Source: Macrostomum lignano
Taxonomy: Eukaryota
Direction of reading: 5' to 3'
NCBI GenBank assembly: GCA_002269645.1
Contig: NIVC01003322.1
Span: forward strand, 1-64,000
DNA: 64,000 nt
In this document: positions 23,039 to 32,743 of the stretch, one piece after another
Layout: every line of letters starts with the position of its first letter
Position numbering within the stretch: the stretch's first letter is position 1
Position numbers and translations under genes: made by a program
The notes under the pieces: generated by a model
Told to the model about the DNA's origin: nothing
Database searches by the model: none
Seen by the model: the letters and a program-made list of their open reading frames with translations, nothing else

Positions 23039-25453
23039 AGTGGAACTCCTCCTTCGGAGGAGAAAGGGGAAGAACTCCCATCACCGGAATTCCATTCCCT
23101 GAAATATCCATCAACTGAAATTCCATGTCTTGAACCCTATCTTCCAAATCGTCTCCAAATTCTTTACAAACCTTTCAAAGACTATAGCTCAAAGACTCTT
23201 ACGTCTCTCATATCTCCTCTCTCCTCTCTTCGCTATTATCTTGACTCTCTTCTCTCTCCTCTCTCTCTTCTCATCTCTACTCCCTTTATCTATCTCTTCT
23301 CCCTCGTCTTTCGTCTCTACTTTCTCCTTTCTCCTCTTCTCTCTCATCTCTCATCTGTACTCTTTTTCTTTCTCCTCTACTCTCTCCTCTTCTATTTCCT
23401 CTGTACGCTCTTATCCCTCCTCTCTTCTTTCTCCTCTTATCTCTCCTGTCTCCTCTTTGCTATCTTATATCTCCCCTCCCATCTCCTCTCTTCTTTTCTC
23501 TTCTCTCTCCTTCGTTCCCGCCTTACTCCCCTCTTCTCTCCCATCTGGCATGTCTAATCTCTCCACTCATTTCTACTCTGTTTTCTATCATCTCATCTCT
23601 CTTCTCTTTTCATTCTTTTCCTTACTCTATTCTCTGACTGATTGAAGATGCCAAATACATCAAGATCCTCTCCGCGAAGCAGAAATCCTGTTCGTGCAAC
23701 TGAAAACCATCGAAATCCTCTCCGTGAAACTGGACTCCTTCGAAATCCTCTCCTTGAAACCTGAATCCATCAAAATTGTTTCCATAAAACAGAAATCAAT
23801 CATAAATTATCTCAGCGAAACAGAAAGCCTCTCCGTGAAGCTGAACATGATCGAAATCCTCTCCGTGAAACTGAAGACCATGGAAATCCTTTCGTGAAAC
23901 TGAACATCATCGAAATCCTCTCCACGAAACAGAAATCTTCTCCGTCAGAATTTAAACATTGAAATCGTCTCCGCTAAACTTGACTTAATCGAATTTTTTC
24001 CGTCAAACAACTCAACTCGCCAGATTCATTAGGGCTAGGGTTAAGGTTAGGGTTAGGGTTAGGGTTAGAACTACGCACAGCTTCGTGTTAAAAGGCACTG
24101 ATAAAAATATTGAATTAATTGAATCAAATCATTGCGCAACCGATTTCACAGTCAGTCAGTATCAGTCTCAGTTAAAGTTAACAAAAACATTGCGCAATCT
24201 AAATCAACCCTCCAATACACAGCAGCAGTGAGAAGTTGAACCCTCCCCCAACTTTATCTATTACGTCTCGCAAAACTGAGTACAATTTTTGCAGAAAGTT
24301 AAAAGTATGGAAATAGTTTTTTAAATGCGGTGCTTTTTCTTTTCATATTTAAAGCAAACAACTTATATCCCTAAACTCAGCGTTGCAAGATCTTTCCAGC
24401 AATATAAGTCTCTCCTCTCAAAGTTTAAAACTCAAGGAGCAGTTAGCGTTTGAAATTTACCGATTTCCCGACTGCTTGCCTGAGAGGCTCGCAATTTTGT
24501 ACATTGAATTTCACTGCCAAGCTAATACACAGGGCCGATAATAAAAAAGCTAACCAATTGAATCAATTGATTGCGCAATATATTTCTGTGTTAGTCAGTA
24601 TAAGTCTCAGTTAAAGTTAACAAAAAGTTTGCGCAATCTAATCAACCCTCCAATACAAAGCAACTGACCCCCTTCCTATACACAGCGCCAGTTAGAAGTC
24701 GAAACCCCCAACTTTATCTCTCACCTCTCGCCAAAATGAGTACAATCTTTGCAGAAAGTTTAAAGTATGGAAATAGTTTTTGCAATGCAGAGCTTTTAGT
24801 TTTCATATTTGAAGCAAACAATTTATATCCCTGAAATCAGCTTTGCAAGTTCTTTCCAGCAATATAAATTTTTTCTCTCAAAGTTAAAAACTCGAGCAAC
24901 AGTTTGCGTTTGAAACTTTCTGATTTAAAGCATTGAAATATCGATTGTACGTTCACTGCCTGCTAAAGAGGCCCGCAAGTTTATGCATTGAATTTCAAGG
25001 TTCAACAAAATCACAGGGCTGCCTATTGAAAATTAGAACACAAATCTTTGCGCAATTGTCTATACAGTCAGCCAGTGAGCCAGGGTCCGATTGTACACAG
25101 GCAGCCATTTAGAACGCCCCATCCCCCCACTGGAGAGAAAATACACTGCAGAGATAGGGAAAAGTTGTGGCGCAATCACTTGAAATTCATGCAAATTTTC
25201 AGCTCCAAGCAGAAAGAGGGGACAATTAAGATTATCAAAGGTCAAGACCGCCGTTTTCTGCTTTTTTGAGGATCTTAGAAATTAAAATTTCAGAATTAAA
25301 ATAGCCTATAGCCGACCTCGGATAATTTCCAATCTTCCCATATAAGTTTCAACGCTGAGTTGCCACTATTCAAGGAGGAGTTGTCGAAATGACACACACA
25401 CACACACACACACAGACAGACAGACAAACAACACGTCAACTTTAGTATATATA
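23039..25453 (-). mobile_element. Non-autonomous unit U8 with short CT tract and duplicated core
   Basis: TTAGGG variants 24,029-24,068; core restarts at ~24,552. Confidence 0.8.
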
Positions 25454-25663
25454 CAGACAAACAACGCGTCAACTTTAGTATATATAGATAGATAGATAGA
25501 AAATTTCAGAATTAAAATAGCCTATAGCCGACCTCGGATAATTTCCAATCTTCCCATATAAGTTTCAACGCTGAGTTGCCACTATTCAAGGAGGAGTTGT
25601 CGAAATGACAGACAGACACACAGACAGACAGACAAACAACGCGTCAACTTTAGTATATATAGA
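25454..25663 (-). mobile_element. Two stacked Helitron 5'-end stubs (47 bp and 163 bp)
   Basis: The 5'-terminal sequence repeats at 25,454-25,500 and 25,501-25,663 without body or 3' hairpin. Confidence 0.8.
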
Positions 25664-25665
25664 TA

Positions 25666-26096
25666 GAAGTGGAACTCCTCCTTCGGAGGAGAAAGGGGAA
25701 GAACTCCCATCACCGGAATTCCATTCCCTGAATTATCCATCAACTGAAATTCCATGTCTTGAACCCCATCTTCCAAATCGTCTCCAAATTCTTTACAAAC
25801 CTTTCAAAGACCATAGCTCAAAGACTCTTACGTCTCTCATATCTACTCTCTCCTCTCTTCGCTATTATCGTGACTCTCTTCTCTCTCCTCTCTCTCATCT
25901 CATCTCTACCCCTACTTCCTTATTTATCTCTTCTCCCTCGTCTTTCGTCTGTACCCCCTCCTGTCTCCTCTGTTCTCTGTTCTATCACATCTGTATTCTT
26001 CACTTCTGTCTCCTGTCTCCTCTCTTCTCTCTTATCTCTCCTTCTTCTCTTCTCTCTCATATGTCATCTCTACTCACTTATCTATCGTCTCTCTTA

Positions 26097-26157
<61 letters not shown>

Positions 26158-28433
26158 CTCTCTGCTCTCATTTCTTATATCTCATATACGGTCTCAGACT
26201 CTACTTTCTTGTCTCCCATCTTTCTTTCCTCCTTTCCACTACCCCCGTCTCTTCTCTTCTCTCTTTTCTAATCTCTAATCTCTTCTCTCTTATGTTCTCA
26301 CTCATCTCTTCTCCTCGCATCTCTCATCTCTCCTCTCCTCACTACTTCCCTCTCTTAACTCTCTCATCTCTGATTTTTCATCTCTCTCCTCTCTCCTCTC
26401 GCTCTTTTCCTTTCGCTTCTCTCTCCTCCCTCTCCTCTCATCTCTACTACTTTATTTATATCTTCTCCCTCGTCTTTCGTCTCTACTCTCGTCTGTCTCC
26501 TTTCTCCCCTTTTTTCTCCTCTTTTCTCTCTTCTCTCTCCGCTCCTCTCTCATCTCTCATCCCTCATCTCACTCTTTCTTTCTCCTCTACTCTCCCCTCT
26601 CTTCTATTTCCTCTGTACGCTCTTATCCTTCATCTATTCTCTCTCCTATTATCTCTCTTGTCTCCCTTTGCTATCTCATATATCCACTCTTATCTCCTCT
26701 CTCCTCTTCGCTTTTCTGTCCTTCGTTCCCGCCTTAATCCCTCTTCTCTCCCATCTGTCATGTCTAATCTCTCCACTCATTTCTACTCTGTTTTCTACCA
26801 TCTCATATCTCTTCTCTTTTCATTCTTCTTTTTATTCTCTTCTCTGACTGATTGAAGATGCCAAATCAATCAAGATCCTCTCCGCGAAGCAGAAATCCTG
26901 TCCGTGCAACTGAAAACCATCGAAATCCTCTCCGTGAAACTGAAGAGAATCGAAATCCTCTCCGCGAAACAGAAATCCTCTCCGTGAAACTGAAAACCAT
27001 CGAAATTCTTTCTTTTAAACTGGACTCAATCGAAATTTTCTCCGTCAAAAAGAATAAATATCAGGATTCATTGGTTATTGTTAAGGGTTAGGGTTAGGGT
27101 TAGAGCTACACACAGCTGCGTGTTCAAATAAAAAATGAACCAATTGAATCAATTGATTGCGCAACCGATTTCACAGTCAGTCAGTATCAGTCTCAGTTAA
27201 AGTTAGCAAAAAAATTGCGCAATCTAAATCAACCCTCCAGTACACAGAGACCGACCCCTTTTCAATACGCAGTGGCAGTTAGAAATTGAACCTCAAACTT
27301 TTGGGGGCATTGAACAAAAAATGAGTACAATCTTTGCATAAAGCTAAAAGTATGGAAATGGTTTTTTGAAACATTTTATATCCTCGAACTCAGCGTTGCA
27401 AGATCTTTTCAGCAGTATAAGTCTCTTCTCTTAAAGTTTAGAACTCGAAGAGCAGTTAGCGTTTGAAAGTTCCCGTTTTAAAGCATTGAAATATCGAGTA
27501 TACGTTCACTGCCTGCCAAAGAGGCTCGCAAGTTTATTCATTCATTACACAGGCCGGCTATTACACAGGGCAGCCTATTGAAAGGCACAGATAATAAAAC
27601 AAAATTGATGGCGCAACTGATTTCACAGTATGTCAGTATCAGTCTCAGTTACAGTTAACAAAAAGATTGCGCAATCTAAATCAACCCTCCAATACACAGC
27701 GCCCGACCGCCTTCCACTACGCAGTGGCAATTAGCAATTGAACCCCCCAAATTTATCTCTGACCTATCGCAAAAATAAGTACAATCTTTGCAGCAAGTTA
27801 AAAGTAAAAGTAATAAAATCGTTTTTTGAATGCTGTGCTTTTAATTTTTACAGTTAAAGCAAACAACTTATATCCCTGAACTCAGCGTTGCAAGATCTTT
27901 CCAGCAATATAAGTCTCTCCTCTCAAAGTTCAAAAATCGAGCAACAGTTAGCATTTGAAACTTTCTGATTTAAAGCATTGAAATATCGAGTGTACGTTCA
28001 CTGCCTGCTAGAGAGGCTCGCAAATTGATGCATTGAATTTCACTGTCCGCCAGTTAGCTAGGGTCCAAGTGTACACACGCCGCCACTGAGAACGCTCCTA
28101 TCCCCCACTGGAGAGAAAATACACTGCCAAGTTAGCAAAATTTTATGGCGCAATCACTTAAAATTCATGCAAATTTTCAGCTCCAAGCAGAAAGAGGGGA
28201 CAATTAAGATTATCAAAGGTCAAGACCGCCGTTTTCTGCTTTTTTGAGGATCTTAGAAATTAAAATTTCAGAATTAAAATAGCCTATAGCCGACCTCGGA
28301 TAATTTCCAATCTTCCCATATAAGTTTCAACGCTGAGTTGCCACTATTCAAGGAGGAGTTGTCGAAATGACACACACACACACACACACACAGACAGACA
28401 GACAAACAACACGTCAACTTTAGTATATATAGA
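25666..28433 (-). mobile_element. Non-autonomous unit U9 (duplicated core)
   Basis: (CT)n run at ~26,100-26,150; TTAGGG 27,073-27,103; core restarts at ~27,601; 5' TC at 28,433 joined exactly to CTCG. Confidence 0.85.
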
Positions 28434-31132
28434 CGAGTGGAACTCCTCCTTCGGAGGAGAAAGGGGAAGAACTCCCATCACCGGAATTCCATTCCCTGAA
28501 ATCCATCAGCTGAAACTCCACTTGAATCCCATCTTCCAAATCGTCTCCAAATTCTTTACAAAATCTTTGAAAGACCATAGCTCAAAGACTCTCACGTCTC
28601 TCATATCTCCTCTCTCTTCTATTCGCTATTATTGTGACTCTCTTCTCTCTCCTCTCTCTCTCATCTCATCTCTACCCGTACTCCCTTATTTATGTTTTAT
28701 CCCTCGTCTTTCGTCTGTACCCTCTCCTGTCTCTTGTCTCCTCTCTTCTCTCATATCTCTCCTCTTCACTTCTGTCTCCTGTCTTCTCTCTTCTCTCTTA
28801 TCTCTCCCTCTTCTCTCCTCTTTTATATGTCATCCCTATTCACTTATCTATCGTCTCTCTTAACCCTCTCTCTCTTCTCTTTTCTTTCCTCTCTGCTCTC
28901 ATTTCTCATATCTCATATACGCTCTCACACTCCACTTACTTGTCTCCAATCTTTCTTTCCTCCTTTCCACTTTTCCCTGTCTCTTCTCTTCTCTCTTTTC
29001 TATCCTCTCCATTCTCTCTTTTCTCCTCCCTTGCTCCTTTTATCTTCTCCCCTCTCTTCTCTAATCTCTTCTCTCTTCTCTCTTATGTTCTCACTCATCT
29101 CTTTTTATCGCATCTCTCATCTCTCCTCTCCTCACTACTTTCCTCTCTTAACTCTCTTATCTATTTCATCTCTCTCCTCTCTCCTCTTTCTCTTCTCCTC
29201 TCGCTTCTTCTCTCGCTTCTCTCTCCTATCTCTCCTCTCATCTCTACTACCGTATTTATATCTTCTAACTGGTCCTTCGTCTCTACTCTCTCCTTTCTCC
29301 TTTCTCCCCTCTTTTCTCCTTTCTTGTCTCTCCTGTCTCCCCTCCTCTCTCATCCCTCATCCCCTCATCTCACTCTTTCTTTCTCCTCTACTCTCCCCTC
29401 TCTTCTATTTTCTCTGTACGCTCTTATCCCTAATCTATTTTCTCTCCTCTCTCCTCTTTTCTACTCTCTCCCTCTTCGTTCCCGCCTAAATCCCCTCTTC
29501 TCTCCAATCTGTCATGTCTAATATCTCCACTTATTTCTACTCTGTTTTCTATCATCTCATCTCTCTTCTGCTTTCATTCTTCTCTTTACTCTTTTCTCTG
29601 ACTGATTGAAGATGCCAAATCCATCAAGATCCTCTCCGCGAAGCAGAAATCCTGTCCGTGCAACTGAAAACCATCGAAATTCTCTCTTTTAAACTGGACT
29701 CAATCGAAATTTTCTCCGTCAAAAAAAATAAATATCAGGATTCATTGGTTAGGGTTATTGTTAGGGTTAGGGTTAGGGTTAAAGCTACACAGCTGCGTGT
29801 TCAAATAAAAATTGAACCAATTGAATCAATTGATTGCGCAACCGATTTCTCAGTCAGTCAGTATCAGTCTCAGTTAAAGTTAACAAAAAGATTGCGCAAT
29901 CTAAATCAACCCTCCAGTACACAGAGACCGACCTCTTTTCAATACGCAGTAGCAGTTAGAAATTGAACGCCGAACTGTTGGGGGCATTGAACCAAAAAAT
30001 GAGTACAATCTTTGCATAAAGCTAAAAGTATGGAAATAGTTTTTTTGATGCTGCTCTTTTAGTCTTTACATTTATAGCAAACAATTTATATCCTCGAACT
30101 CAGCGTTGCAAGATCTTTTCAGCAGTATAAGTATCTTCTCTTAAAGTTTAGAACTCGAAGAGCAGTTAGCGTTTGAAAGTTCCCGTTTTAAGGCATTGAA
30201 ATATTGCGTGTACGTTCACTGCCTGCCAAAGAGGCTCGCAAATTTATTCATTCATTACACAGGCTGGCTATTACACAGGGCAGCCTATTGAAAGGCACAG
30301 ATAATAAAACAAATTGATGGCGCAACCGATTTCACAGTCAGTCAGTATCAGTCTCAGTTAAAGTTAAGAAAAACATTGCGCAATCTAAATCAACCCTCCA
30401 ATACACAGCGCCCGACCGCCTTCCACTACGCAGTGGCAATTAGCAATTGAACCCCCCAAATTTATCTCTGACCTATCGCAAAAATAAGTACAATCTTTGC
30501 AGCAAGTTAAAAGTAAAAGTAATAAAATCGTTTTTTGAATGCTGTGCTTTTAATTTTTACAGTTAAAGCAAACAACTTATATCCCTGAACTCAGCGTTGC
30601 AAAATCTTTCCAGCAATATAAGTCTCTCCTCTCAAAGTTCAAAAATCGAGCAACAGTTAGCATTTGAAACTTTCTGATTTAAAGCATTGAAATATCGAGT
30701 GTACGTTCACTGCCTGCTAGAGAGGCTCGCAAATTGATGCATTGAATTTCACTGTCCGCCAGTTAGCTAGGGTCCAAGTGTACACACGCCGCCACTGAGA
30801 ACGCTCCTATCCCCCCACTGGAGAGAAAAAACACTGCCAAGTTAGCAAAATTTTATGGCGCAATCACTTAAAATTCATGCAGATTTTCAGCTCCAAGCAG
30901 AAAGAGGGGACAATTAAGATTATCAAAGGTCAAGACCGCCGTTTTCTGCTTTTTTGAGGATCTTAGAAATTAAAATTTCAGAATTAAAATAGCCTATAGC
31001 CGACCTCGGATAATTTCCAATCTTCCCATATAAGTTTCAACGCTGAGTTGGCACTATTCAAGGAGGAGTTGTCGAAATGACAGACAGACACACAGACAGA
31101 CAGACAAACAACGCGTCAACTTTAGTATATAC
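28434..31132 (-). mobile_element. Non-autonomous unit U10 (core near-identical to U9)
   Basis: TTAGGG 29,747-29,781; core restarts at ~30,311; 5' end abuts a (GATA)n run at 31,133-31,170. Confidence 0.85.
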
Positions 31133-31171
<39 letters not shown>

Positions 31172-31174
31172 GAG

Positions 31175-32566
31175 AGAGGCCAACTCCTCCGATGGAGGAG
31201 AAAGGGGAAGAACTCCCATCACCGGAATTCCATTCCCTGAACTCCATCAGCTAGATCCCAAGACCCGAATATCATCATCTAACTGTTCTCCAAAACCATC
31301 AAAATCCTCTCCATGAAACTGAACACCATCGAAATCCTCTCCGCAAAACAGAAATCCTCTCCGTGCAACTGAAAACCATCGAAATCCTCTCCGCGAAACA
31401 GAAATCCTCTCCGTGAAACTGAAAACCATTGAAATCCTCTCCGCGAAACAGAAATCCTCTCCGTGAAACTGAACACCATCGAAATTCCCTCTATTAAACT
31501 GGACTCAGTCGAATTTTTCTCCGTCAAAAAGAATAAAATATTAGGATTCATTTGTTAGGGTTAGGGTTAGAGCTACACACAGCTGCGTGTTAAAAGGCAC
31601 TGGTAAAAAATTTGAACCAATTGAATCAATTGATTGTGCAACCAATTGATTGTGCAACCGATTTCTCCGTCAGTCAGTATCAGTCTCAGTTAAAGGTACC
31701 AAAAAGATGGCGCAATCTAAATCAACCGTCCAATGCACAGCGACCAACCCCCTTCCAATACGCAGTGGCAGCTAGAAATTAACACCCTCCCTAACTGCTG
31801 GGGGGTCGATCATACCCCATTGAACCCCCCAAAATGAGTTACAATCTTTGCAAAAAGTTAAAAGTATGGAAGTTTTTTGAATGCCGTGCTTTTAGTTTTC
31901 ATATTTAAAGCAAACAACTTATATCCCCGAACTCAGCGTTGGAAGACCTTTCCAGCAATATAAGTCTCTACTCTCAAAGTTTAAAACTCGAGGAACAGTT
32001 GGCGTTTGAAATTTACCGATTTCCCAACTGCTTGCTAGAGAAGCTCGCAAGTTTATTCTTAAATTTCAGTGCCCAGCCAATAACACAGGGCTGCGTCTTG
32101 AAAGACGCCAATAATAAAACCAATTGAATCTCGACACAGTCTATCTGTTTACACTGTACAACTGCTATGTACACTCAGCCCAAGCCCAACCCCCGTTCTG
32201 GGGGAAGCATTAAATTTAACTCAACCCCCCCAACACGCGGGGGTTTTATTTGCATTGAACGCAGAACACGCGCACCCACCACCCCACAAATACACAGCGA
32301 CCCGCGGGCGGAGGTTGGGGTGGCTATTTTTACAAACAGACTGCCAACTCTCTTACTGGAAAGACAGAAGGGCCAAAGAAGGTTAAAAGCAGTTTTCTGT
32401 TTTTTTAGGGATGTTAAAATGTGAAAATTAAAAATTAAAATAGCCTAAAGCCTGATCCGGAAAATTTTCTGTTTTCCCATATAAGTTTCGACGCTGACTT
32501 GCCAGTTGTCTAGGAGAAAAATCGCAACACAAACACACAATCATCGCACCAGTTTTAGTATTAAGA
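31175..32566 (-). mobile_element. Non-autonomous unit U11 (no CT tract; termini of the autonomous type)
   Basis: GAGGCCAACTCC 3' end as at 10,600; minisatellite follows the terminal module almost directly; TTAGGG 31,555-31,570; 5' region matches 17,860-18,301. Confidence 0.82.
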
Positions 32567-32743
32567 TTTTCCCATATAAGTTTCAACGCTGACTTGTCAG
32601 TAGTCGAGGAGAAAAATTGCAACACACATACAGACAAACAAACAACGCACCACTTTTAGTATTAAGATTGCAACACAAAGACAAACAGACAAACAGACAA
32701 ACATCGCACCACTTTTAGTATTAAGAAGAGAGAAGAGAAGAGA
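32567..32743 (-). mobile_element. Two stacked Helitron 5'-end stubs at the outer edge of the array
   Basis: TTTTAGTATTAAGA occurs three times (ending at 32,566, 32,667 and 32,726); outermost A|TC at 32,744/32,743. Confidence 0.8.

Larger units (their letters stand above)
1..32743 (-). mobile_element. Head-to-tail tandem array of Helitron elements (about 11 non-autonomous units, 1 autonomous-type unit, 5'-end stubs); continues beyond the left window edge
   Basis: On the minus strand each unit begins TC(TA)nCTAAAG or TCTTAATACTAAAA followed by a (GTCT)/(GT) microsatellite. Each ends with a 7-bp-stem hairpin CTCCTCC-nnn-GGAGGAG followed 9 nt later by CTCG (or a variant). Outermost 5' end is A|TC at 32,744/32,743. 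Same orientation as the embedded RepHel gene. Confidence 0.9.

Noticed and set aside
1537-29521. Long Ser/Leu-rich ORFs (up to 416 aa) in the repeat units
   Set aside because: They arise from C/T-only tracts that cannot easily form stop codons; open in several frames, with frameshifts between near-identical copies.
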